Shown: piece by piece, positions 9,410 through 19,257 of the stretch
How the letters are laid out: every line of letters begins with the position of its first letter
Numbering within the stretch: position 1 is the stretch's first letter
Source of the DNA: Spirogloea muscicola
Lineage: Eukaryota
Length of the DNA: 20,000 nt
Assembly: GCA_009602725.1 (NCBI GenBank)
Contig: WELB01000002.1
Location: 1,446,234 to 1,466,233, forward strand
Direction of reading: 5' to 3'
The notes under the pieces: model-generated
The model's database searches: none
Told to the model about the DNA's origin: nothing
Seen by the model: only the letters and a program-made list of their open reading frames with translations
Translations under genes and position numbers: made by a program

Positions 9410-12118
9410 TTCCGATCTGCGACTCCGTGCTGGCGGCCTCGGGCCGCGGCGCGGCCAGGGCCTACGCCGGCGACGAGGCGGAGGGCCCACTGGCCGCAGC
9501 AGCGGCCCTCGCCGCCGACGGCGGCGGCGCTGCGCTGGAGGTCACGGTGACGGACCCCGTGAAGCAGGGCGACGGCGTCCAAGCCTACATCTCGTACCTC
9601 GTCAGCTACAAGGTCTGAAGGCTGTCGGTGAGACGGCAGCCGACGCGGCGGCCTGCTGTGCAGCCCCGTCTTGGTGTCAGGTAACGATGATGGCGCTGCA
9701 GGCTGCTGATACGAGAGGCGGAGACTGTCGGTGGCAGACCGACATGGAGGAGTACCAGTGGAAGGCCGCGAGCGTCATCCGGCGGTTCAGCGACTTCGTG
9801 TGGCTCCACGACCGGCTCGCCGAGAAGAACCGCGGCACCATCATCCCGCCGCTGCCGGAGAAGAACGTCGTGGGTGAGTGTCTGCCTGCGCCTCACGTCA
9901 TGAAGTAGTGTCTGCCATTAGCTGCCGCGGTTACTAAGTAGCCGGCGGCTGGCACCGCGACGTGCGCTGCGACGCAGAGAAGTTCCGGTTCAGCGCGGAC
10001 TTCATTGAGGGGCGGCGGCGGGCGCTGGACGCTTTCATGGGGCGGCTCGCGGCTCACCCTCGCCTGCGCCGCAGCCCCGACCTGCAGCTTTTCCTGCAGG
10101 CCAGCGAGGACGTCTGGGTCCGCTGCCACGCCAGAAGAGCTGCTGCACTATCGCCTGTCCTGCTAATGCCTAGCCGACTGCTTGCCGCATTCACGCTCGC
10201 CACCTTGCTGGCAATGCATATGCAGGCAATGGAGACATCACGTGGCCCTGACGCCGGCAGCAGCAGCGGCCTCTTCAAGAAGAAGCCCGGCGATTTCGTG
10301 CAGCTCTTCAAGGTTGGCATGGCAGCGATGCTGGCGGCAGCGCCAGCTACAACACCCAGTCGGCGTTCTTGACACTAGCAGTGTCATTGCCTGACCGACC
10401 TGCCGGCCTGTTGCCGCTGCAATTGCAGGACATGCAGGTGAAGGTGAGCAGCGTGGTGCTGGGCAAGGAGCGGGGCGCGGGCGAGGAGGAGGTGGACGCG
10501 GAGCTGGAGGCGCTGCGTGACGACGTGCTCCTGCTCGAGAGCAACATGCAGGAGGCGCAGAAGCAGGCGATGCGCCTCGTGAAGCGCCAGCGAGGTGCGG
10601 CGGTCTCCACCTGTGGGCCCTTCTGTGGAGGGAGGCAGGAAGTCCCTGCCAGCCGCTATGCCACGTTGCCGGCTCACAGCAGCTGCAGGGCTGCCCGAAC
10701 TGGCCGACTGGCGTGTGCACAGAGCTGGGCCAGTCGCTCACGGACTTCGGCGTGGCGGTCATCATGCTGGGCAACACCGAGGGCGGTGCTCTTGGCAGAG
10801 CATTTGCCGAACTCGGCAACCGCTCCGACATGCTCGCCACTCGCTCGCAGAAGCAGGTGAGAGCTCTGGGCTCTCCCTGCATAGTCTGGACCGCAATCCA
10901 GGTCCCCAACATGACTTTTGGAGCGGAGCTTTTGCCATGATTTCCTCCACTTAGTCAGGTCCTGCAAAGGGTCCTTCTTCATATGTTTGTGGCAGTATAG
11001 ATTCGACTATTGGCTTCGCTTAACTACGGGATTTGCCTGCAGGCGAGCGACTTGCTGCTGAGCTTTGAGGAGCCGCTTAAGGAGTACACACGCATAGTGC
11101 AGTCCATCAAGGTGCAGCTTGCCACTCAGTGCCGTGGCCTGCGTCGCAGGGCGTTCACACGCAGCCCTTCCTTCGCGCCATCCATTCTTTCGCCATGCCC
11201 ATCATTCTACGCTGCAGCTGGGCAGGGGCCAGCGGTGCCTTGCTCACTCACATCAAGGTGCCTCTTTTGAGGCTCACATTGCCTAACACTGCTGGCGCCA
11301 TGGTGGCGTTTGAATGGCGATCAACCCTGCAGAGTGTCGTGGCTGACCGAACTCTGGCACTGCGGCAGCGACAAGAGCTTGTCACAGAGCTGGAGGCTAA
11401 ACGCGGCAAGCTGTGAGTGCTACTACCGAGCTCCTTACCACTGAATCACGACCCGGATTGCGCTGGGATCAGGAAAGTCGATTGTAAGCTCGTAGGAGGG
11501 GTCAGCTTAAGAGGGTGAGGCTTGTATTAGGGTTTGGCTCATGGTCTGTTGGCGCAGCGCCTGCTACGGGCTCGGCACCAGTTTCCGGGTTGCTTCTTGC
11601 CAGCGAGCCGTGCCTGACTCGCTTGCGAGCTCTCCCCACCTGGCCTCGCATGGCCGGCTGGCAGCATCAAGTTGAAGGAAGCACAGCCGCCGCTGAGGCC
11701 AGGCCGCATCCACGAGGCTGAGGCAGAGGTGGACGAGGTACGCCCATTTAACCACAGCCTATCCTCCCTCCTTGTGCCTGCTGTCACAGCGGCAGTCTCT
11801 CTGATAAGCCGCCAAATTTGTAACGTGGGCGGGTGCCGTGTGCGGCAGGCGCTGCAGAGGCTGCAGGGCGCACGCAAGCAGTACGAAGAGATGCGGGTGG
11901 AGATGGGGGCGGAGATAGCGCGCTTCCGGAAAGAGCGCGTGCGCGACCTCAGTCGCGTGCTGCACGACTTTGCCTTGGCCCAGGCGCAAGCAGCGGCTGA
12001 CTCTGCTGCCACCTGGCGCTCGCTGCTGCCGGCAGTGGAGGCCGCCGCGCCGCCGCCCCCTCAGCCATCACAATCTCCGCAGCCTCCAGCGCAGCCGGCT
12101 GTTCCCACACAGTCATGA
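9410..12118 (+). CDS. SNX1: Sorting nexin 1 (PX-BAR, Vps5-like retromer component); start codon in the gap
   Basis: Exons (gap)9410-9612, 9738-9873, 9978-10117, 10226-10312, 10429-10594, 10723-10856, 11043-11111, 11333-11412, 11665-11737, 11849-12118. PX domain: [68 protein letters not shown] domain: [37 protein letters not shown]. Confidence 0.95.
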
Positions 12119-12754
12119 CCGCGGGCACCAGGGTGATGCTTAGGCTTTTCAGTAATCTGCATAATTGCTTGTACAGAAAGTCACAATGACGGCACCAGCT
12201 CTCACAGACCCTGCTCTCACCCACTAACCCCCCATACTGTGACGATTGACAAGTAAAGCGGAGGTAAATATGGAGCTCATCTCGAGTTCCCAGATTTTAA
12301 GAGAGGAACACGAGCACAAGATCGAGTGTCGTCGTGCAGTGGCGCACCCTTATAGCATAAGTCCCTCAGCAAAGGGCGCACCAGCCACAGGAAAGGCCTA
12401 CTCAGGAGCACCAATTTTAACCAGCATCAGGTCCTGTCCACACTTATTCGCATTGGGAGGTGCGAAGAAGGATGGACATTGAGAAGGCAATAGAGAGCGG
12501 CTGGAAGGAACAGAGGTGGTGGCTCTGTCAATGGAAGCCATGGCAGAAGAGGGTGGTGATCGTTGAGCATGACCACAAGCAACGAGACTGATCGCGTTTG
12601 TCAAGCAGCAGGGACCCATCCAGACACAGTCCCAATCAGGGATGTTAGTGCAGCATGCTGGTTGGCCCCACCTATCCTGCTGCCGCCGCTGCTGCTGCCA
12701 GGAGCGTGCGGCGCCTCCCTGCGGACAGCAGAGCCTCGTCGCATACAGTAGGCC

Positions 12755-13199
12755 ATGGGGGGCCCAGGGCCCCTTTACAATGGGCGAGCCCTTTCTCTGA
12801 CCTGACCTGCTTAGCAGGGGTTACTGAGTGCTTCGTAGCTGCTTGGTTTCTCTTTGCACTTGTCTTCCTCAGTAAGAAAGGGCTCGCCCATTGAGGATAG
12901 GGGCTGGACAAGCCAGCCCAAAAAAGTATAAACAAAGAACGAGAAGGGGGCCAGAGGAAGCCAGAGGAAGCGCTAAGAAACCAAAGCTAAGAAATCAGTG
13001 CTTCCCCTGGCCCCTTCTCGTCCTTTGTTCGTTCTTTTTCGGGCTGGCTTTTCCCAATGGGCGAGCCCTTTTCTTGACAATGGGCGAGCCCTTCTCCTCA
13101 CTCGTCTTCAGGCCCCTCTGCAGCTGCTAAACGCTTGTCGGCCCCTCCGAACCCTTGTCAATTCTTTTTGGGCTGGCTTATCACAGCCCTTGCCCCCAT
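12755..13199. repeat. Nested inverted-repeat (foldback/MITE-like) element
   Basis: Module CAATGGGCGAGCCCTT at 12778 (+), 12875-12893 (-), 13055 (+) and 13078 (+). Imperfect ~51-bp inverted repeat 12910-12961 / 13000-13050. Second module TTTTTGGGCTGGCTT at 12910-12924 (-), ~13036-13050 (+) and ~13165-13179 (+). Confidence 0.85.
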
Positions 13200-13274
13200 T
13201 TGGAGTGCCACTTCTTCTTTACACACAGGCAACCCCCAGCGGCAGCCCGTCACTTCGGCCGGCCTGCCGTCGCC

Positions 13275-13295
13275 GGGTTAGGGTTACGGGTTAGG
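13275..13295 (+). promoter_or_regulatory. Telomere-like GGGTTAGGGTTACGGGTTAGG motif upstream of RidA
   Basis: Read directly. The regulatory role is inferred from plant telo-box elements. Confidence 0.4.
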
Positions 13296-13343
13296 AGTCG
13301 CAAGACCGCCCGTCAAGCTAACGGCGGCCGTGCGGGCCAGCTT

Positions 13344-13397
13344 CGGCGGCGGCGGCGGCGGCGGCGGCGGGCGGCGGCGGCATTGGCGGCGGCGGCG
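13344..13397 (+). repeat. (CGG)n microsatellite at the RidA 5' end
   Basis: Nine perfect CGG units at 13344-13370, followed by interrupted units. Confidence 0.9.
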
Positions 13398-13403
13398 TTG
13401 GCG

Positions 13404-13475
13404 NNNNNNNNNNNNNNNNNNNNNNNNNNNNNNNNNNNNNNNNNNNNNNNNNNNNNNNNNNNNNNNNNNNNNNNN
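13404..13475. other. Assembly gap (72 N)
   Basis: Run of N within the RidA 5' region. Confidence 0.95.
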
Positions 13476-14633
13476 CCGCCGCCGTTAGCGCCGCGGCGGC
13501 CTGCCGGCTGCCGCCAGCTTCCCGCAGCCGTGCCGCCGGGGGCGCGCGCTCCGCGAGCCGCCGGTGGCTCTCCACCATGGCCGCTGTTGGAGGTGCGGGA
13601 GCTGATCCGAGCTTCGCCACGATGCTGCCGCGAGCTGAGAGCTCGAGGCCCTCATGGCCGCCTGCGTCGTGGAGCCCGCGACAGGAGCGGCGCCGCCGAT
13701 GGCGGCAGCGGCGGCCACTGCCAAGGAGGCGGTGAGCACGGACCAGGCGCCAGCGGCGCTGGGGCCGTACAGCCAGGCCGTCAAGGCCGGCGGCTTCCTC
13801 TTCGTCTCCGGCGTCCTCGGCCTCGTCCCCGAGGTGCGTGTGGCGCCACGTCAGCCTTCCTGGCGCTCGCGCATGCCGCCGCCGCGCTTGCCGAGGACCG
13901 CAGCCTGAGCATTGAGCCAGACTCGTGCAGACGATGAAGTTTGCCGGGGAGAGCACAGAGGCGCAGACCGAGCAGGTGAGCACGCGCTGGACATGCTAGC
14001 TGGCCTTCCCGCGATACCGCAGCGTGGCCAGGCCCGAGCTCCATGCAGCTGCGGGTGCGCCACCAGAGCTTGGTCTGCTTGTGGTAGTCGTGCCACGGTT
14101 GACCTGCTGCGCGACTGAACCCCGTTTCCCGGGCTGCTCGAGCCTGCGAGCAGCTGATGACAAACATGGGCCACATCCTCAAGGCGGGCGGCTCCGATTA
14201 TGCCTCTGTGGTCAAGACAACAATCATGTAAGACCCCCGCAGGGACACAGCCACATAGGGCAATGCCAGCCACCAAACACGGCAGATTCGCTGCGAAGCT
14301 TCTGTCTGTGCTGATATCCTGCTGCTGGATGTGCAGGCTTGCCGATCTCGCCGATTTTAAGATCGTCAACGAGATCTACGGCAAATGTAAGCCCATGACT
14401 TCCCGTGTCCCATCTCATGGCACCCTTGGCTGCTGCTTGGGCTCCTGGGCATGTTGCTACGCCATGGACCCCTTCCTGAAACGTGACCAGATTATACCAT
14501 CTGATCAATCTCTTATTGGTGCCGCTTGCGTCCAGACTTCCCAGCACCAGCGCCTGCCCGCTCCACTTATCAAGTGGCGGCTCTGCCTCTTGGAGCGCGG
14601 GTTGAGATTGAGTGCATTGCTTCACTCTCCTGA
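13476..14633 (+). CDS. RIDA: Reactive intermediate/imine deaminase A (YjgF/YER057c/UK114 family) with an N-terminal organellar targeting peptide; first ATG probably in or next to the gap
   Basis: Exons (gap)13476-13592, 13685-13833, 13931-13975, 14154-14227, 14337-14386, 14536-14633. Motifs: KEAVSTDQAPAALGPYSQAVKAGGFLFVSGVLGLVPETMKF, QTEQLMTNMGHIL, SVVKTTIMLADLADFKIVNEIYGKYFP, PARSTYQVAALPLGARVEIECIA (catalytic Arg present). Confidence 0.95.
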
Positions 14634-15412
14634 ATCAACTGGGCCCGGTTGACAGAAGCGCTGCACTGCTTTGCAAGAAGCATCCCAACGAACTTGGCAC
14701 AAAGTCTTCTGTGCAGCATTCTTTGTCAGGGGATCAGGAATAGCTTACTGGCCCTCCATAAAGGCTGCACTGACAAGCGACAGTTGGTCACTGGAGCAAC
14801 AGAGATACTTGCACTTGTTCAGGCAGAACTTTCACTGAGTCCTCATCCCTGATAGGCACCACTAGACAATGATGATTATGAAGTCAATGCAGCCTGCGAG
14901 CAGCCTGCTGGCTGTCCGAATATGACACTGCCAGCATGTGTGTTAGATATCTATCAAGCAGTCAAGCAAAGATGCTTCTTGCAGCAGCATTGTCCTCGAA
15001 CTAGAGTTGTTCTCCATCACTCCCTTATTTCTGCCTCCTTTCCTTAATATCTTCGGTATCAATCAGTCCAGCAGACCCCACAATAAGTTGGCCATGTGCA
15101 AATGGCGACGTGTATTGACACTTGTCGGCAGCATGACTCGCACTGGAATGTCTGTAACCACTGTTTTTGCACCAAGAATTGGGCAAAGAAGGTGCTAACT
15201 GTTGCACTTCCCACGTGCTCCACAAACCACAAAAACCTCAATAAGTAGGCCTGTGCAGCCAGTGCATCAAATGACAAACTATACGAACTGCCTGGAGTTT
15301 TTATGCACAGCATCACCTTTCTTGCTTGCCCACCAAAATCAATAGCGGACGGTGGAATGAGCATCACCCGATTACTGACATGGGAGAAATTTGGAGACAC
15401 TCTATGTCATGT

Positions 15413-15764
15413 CTACTCATCCTCCTGGCTGCGCAGGCGAGCAGTGCCGTTGGTGAGATTAATGTTCAGCTGTGCAGCCCTCTCCACGATAGCCTTGCGC
15501 TTGAGGGTTGACACATTGTGCGCAATCTCGCCAGCGAACTTCCTGCAAATCGGCCAGCAGCGACTCAGAAGCGGCGAGCTTGCATGCGACCTCGGAGTGA
15601 AAGAGGTTCGCAAGATATTGCAGCAGGACAGTAGAGCGCCACGTTGCCCAACCCCCATCTCTAAACTGCTCCAGGGCTCCTCCCCAGGGCCACCACAAGC
15701 TGGCTCCCAGAGCCCTTGTGGCATACCCGTTCCTTGGCAAGAAGGACTCATGGTGGCGACCGCA

Positions 15765-15795
<31 letters not shown>

Positions 15796-16298
15796 GTGGA
15801 GGGCCTCACCGGTTGTGCATCATGAGGATCTCGAGCTCGGCGACGTTGTGGACCTGGAACTTGCGGAAGCCCGAGGGCAGCATGTGGCGCGTGAGCTTGT
15901 TGTTCCCGTACCCGATGTTGGCCATCTTGCGCGTGCCCTTGAACTTGCGCCGCGTGCGCGAGTCGATACCCTTGGGCCGCCGCCAGCTCTCCTGCACAAC
16001 AGCGAGCGGCAGCGTGCCACGGCTAGGGGTCAGAGCCGCCGCTTCCGCAAACGGCGCAGCCGCCGCTGCCGCCGCTGCCGCTGCTGGCGCCGCCGCATCC
16101 GCCAACGGCCCAGCCGCCGCCGCCGCTGCCGCTGCCGCCGCCGCCGCCTCCGCCAGCACCGCGCCCGCGGCTCGAGACTTGGCGGCGTGGCTGGCTGGGG
16201 CGGCTCACCGGCACGGTGATGCGCCGGTCGGACTGGACGCGGACGAAGCGCTTCAAGCGCTTCTTCAGGATCTTGCGCTTCACCAGCGGCGTCACCAT
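15413..16298 (-). CDS. RPL32: 60S ribosomal protein L32 (eL32), 133 aa
   Basis: Exons 16298-16209, 15991-15810, 15542-15413 (402 nt). Sequence [79 protein letters not shown]. Confidence 0.98.
15765..15794 (+). repeat. (GCG)10 microsatellite in RPL32 intron 2
   Basis: Counted directly. Confidence 0.9.
16035..16142 (+). repeat. 54-bp tandem duplication built on GCC/GCT triplets in RPL32 intron 1
   Basis: Unit 1 starts GCCGCCGCTTCCGCAAACGGCGCAGCC at 16035. Unit 2 starts GCCGCCGCATCCGCCAACGGCCCAGCC at 16089. Confidence 0.8.
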
Positions 16299-16728
16299 GG
16301 CGCCTCCCGCGCGAGGCTAGCCAACCCCTCGGGCGCACGCGGCGGCGGCGGCGGAAGCGGCGGCGGCGGCGATAGCGGCGGCAGCTGCGGGGGACTGATA
16401 CCTGGGGTCAGAGAATGCCTATGCCGAAGGTCTGGCCCTTAAACCCCTCTTCGTTAAACCCTGGAAAAATGTGGTGGGGTCCGAAGGCTGACGGCCAAGA
16501 TGCGCCGACGCGATCTCATCCGACGGCTGTGCAGAGCGGCGCCGGGGATACCCAGAAATGTGACGAAGTACCTGCTTCTTAATGGGATAAATTGATTCGG
16601 TTGATAAATCAATACCGCGCGAGCGGAAGGCTAGAGCCGGAGGCTCGTGTTCACATCCGTGAGGGCTGCCCGAGCTGCCGCGCCCGTGAGACGCGGCGCG
16701 CGCGGCGGCGGCGGCGGCGGCGGCGGCG
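16299..16728. promoter_or_regulatory. Bidirectional promoter/5'UTRs of RPL32 (-) and EMC2 (+)
   Basis: 430 bp between divergent ATGs. TAAACCC motifs near 16440-16461, AT-rich core 16579-16614, (GGC)n tracts near both start codons including (GGC)8 at 16704-16727. Confidence 0.65.
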
Positions 16729-19257
16729 ATGGTGACCGCGCCGGAGAGCGCGGAGGTGGAGGCGCTGGAGGGGCAGCTGGAGGCGCTGGCACTGGCCGGC
16801 GGCGCCGGAAATGGCTTTGCCGACCGTGTGTCCTACCTGCAGCTGCTGCGCAAGCACCACCTGCGACGGACCGTCGCCGCCGCCGCGCACGGCCTCGAGC
16901 TGCTCAACGACCGCCGCAGCCGCGCCAGGCTCGGCAGCGAGGGTGAGGACACAAGATGGCGGCTGCTGATAACCAAAGAGCGGCTGTAAAGGCCAGCGAG
17001 GTGCATACAGACGGTGCTCATGAACGTCCTGGCGGAGAGCCACAGAAGGATGTCCTGCCGATTGCTCCGTCGTCTCGCTGCATTGGTTGCGCCATTGTGA
17101 TCCGCCTGTGATCCATTGATCCGCTTCCTGGCCCTCACGGTGCCTGCTGGCTGCCGCTTTGCAGTGTGGACGGTCTACGAGCAGGTGGCCGTGGCCGCCA
17201 TGGACTGCAACTCTCCGGCCGTCGCCGATGTCAGCTCCGTGGGCCGACCCTCTCTGTCTGCAGCCTGGCCGCCAGCCTCGCCACCCTTGATAGCAGCTCC
17301 CGAGGCACTCAGACGGCTGGGAGGCCTCAGTGCTGGAGACCGGACGCGCCAGTCGCCTAGATCAACAGGCGATGGCGGCCCGCACAAGTGCTTCGGCTTG
17401 AGAGTGGAGGCGGGCTAACTCCCGAGCTTGAAGTCAAGAGCCACAAGGATCTGCGACGATGTGGCGATGCAGTGATAGTTGCTAAGCACAGTCTCGGAGC
17501 CTTGCGTGCCGCTTCTGATCAGCTGCCTGCTGCTGTGGTTGATCCCAGAGATGTGTCGAAGCACTCATGCGACGATTTCCAGACAGCCTTCGTGTCTGTG
17601 AGGCTTGCCAAAACCCCTCCTTCTTCTTGTGTCTTTCTTTGAGACATCATTTGCTACTGATCTCCATCTCTTGAAGAGAGGGCGTCTGGGGTTGCAAATG
17701 CCTTCCAGTGGCGTTGGCTAGTCTGAAGCGTGGCCTTGCTGCGGCAGCACGGTTGAAGGGCATGTTGCTTGAGGCCAAAGGGTGGTACAATCAAGCGGAC
17801 AATGTTTACTCGAGCTTGTTGGTTGAGCATCCGACAGAAGCTGTGTGTAGGCCCCACCATTCTGTGCCACTCCAACAGGCTGAGGCAGTATGGACGATGT
17901 ACTTGCACAAGCCTTTTTGGAGCATGCGTAGCATCGCTTTGCATTCTCCTCCTCCTCCTACTCCCTGAGGAACTTCTTGTGATATAGTGCTGCTTGTTCC
18001 ATTTTTTCACTGTTGACATATGCTAAACTGTTGAACAGGTATTGCACAAGAGGAGGGTGGCCATGTTGAAGGCTAAGGGCGACCTTGTTGGAGCTGTGGA
18101 CGCTCTGAAAGAGTACCTGGACATGTGATTCTCTCCACTGTGCTCTTTGTGATAGCCCTTGCGACTTCCTTCTTGAGCGAGTGGAAATCACCTTTCTTAA
18201 GAGCACTCATGATTATGAATGTGAGCAGCAGAGCACTTGCTGAGCGGCTGCTTGACCATTTTCTGATGATCACTTCACACCTTTCACTTGCCATCAGATT
18301 CATGGCCGACCACGATGCATGGAGGGAGCTGGCGGACATCTACATCACTTTGCAGATGTGTGGACCTCCATCCCATATACTGTGGTTTTGTGAACCTTTG
18401 GCTTGCTCCAGTGCTTGCATACCTGAGCTCGAATGCCAAGAAGCAGCATCGTTTTGTGTGCGGCAACTTGCTATCCATGTCAGACCTCATACTCCACATA
18501 ATTGCTAACTTGAATTTGTTGACAGGCTGAAGCAAGCGGCTTTCTGTTACGAGGAACTGCTACTCTCCCAGCCAACAAACTGCCTTTACACCCTCACATA
18601 TGCAGAGGTAATGCTTACAAGCTTCAATGTACTTCAAGAATTGACTCCTACAGCACAGACTTGGTAAAGCTCTGGCAGATGCCCAGGTAATATCTCATTT
18701 CCTCTATTTGGTGGCCAGATATTATACACCATTGGCGGTCCCGACAATGTGCGAAGCGCGCGCAAGTTTTTTGCTGCAGCAGCAGAGTACAGCGGTGGAA
18801 AGAATACCCGTGCACTCTATGGCATCTGCTTGGTGAGCATCTACAACAGTCTGAAAAGATCTGTGAAGTGTTTGCATGCTATCGTAAAGTCTGTACCTCT
18901 GATAGTGCCTTGCACTTTTGCTTGAGTGCCCATTGAATCAAGGTTAGTATCTGGCCAACATGGTCAGCGTCCACTACGGTTCAACATAGTTTTTTGGTTG
19001 TGTGGGCCGCTAAATGGGTTGCTTGCTCAAGAATGACATACATCTGTCAACATTGGACATGCCATTCATGTGTGCAGTGCACTGCAGCATCTAGTCAAAC
19101 CGCCAGTGGGCGAGGCCGCTCAGAGAAGGACACTTCATCAATCTCAGAGGTTGCCTCATTAGTACTGCAAAAGGAGTACGTCCGCAGATGCCCAACCAAG
19201 GCCAAGCTTGTAAATAGTGCGCTTCAGGCGTGGAAGGTCCCTCTCAAAAGCAGTTGA
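16729..19257 (+). CDS. EMC2: ER membrane protein complex subunit 2 (TTC35, TPR protein), ~314 aa
   Basis: Exons 16729-16942, 17165-17229, 17549-17597, 17748-17842, 18039-18124, 18298-18357, 18526-18607, 18719-18832, 19078-19257 join in frame. Motifs: WTVYEQVAVAAMDC, RFPDSLRV.RLKGMLLEAKG, HKRRVAM.KAKG, YLDIFMADHDAWRELADIY, KQAAFCYEEL, YAEILYTIGG, NTRALYGICLC. Confidence 0.96.

Noticed and set aside
8297..9618. Long ORFs spanning the N-gap (272-397 aa)
   Set aside because: Artefacts of translating Ns. The flanks belong to the MFS (-) and SNX1 (+) genes.
12778..13093. CRISPR-like reading of the repeated CAATGGGCGAGCCCT motif
   Set aside because: Copies are in mixed orientation, irregularly spaced and short, in a eukaryotic context with no cas genes.
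12246..13294. Short ORFs (62-98 aa) between SNX1 and RidA
   Set aside because: No family motifs or coherent exon structure. They overlap the likely 3'UTR and the inverted-repeat element.
14869..14930. ATGATGA C-box-like motif between RidA and RPL32
   Set aside because: No suitably placed CTGA D box or terminal stem.
15303..16442. 379-aa plus-strand ORF antisense to the whole RPL32 gene
   Set aside because: Explained by the antisense shadow of GC-biased codons plus poly-Ala/Gly from triplet repeats. No recognisable domain.
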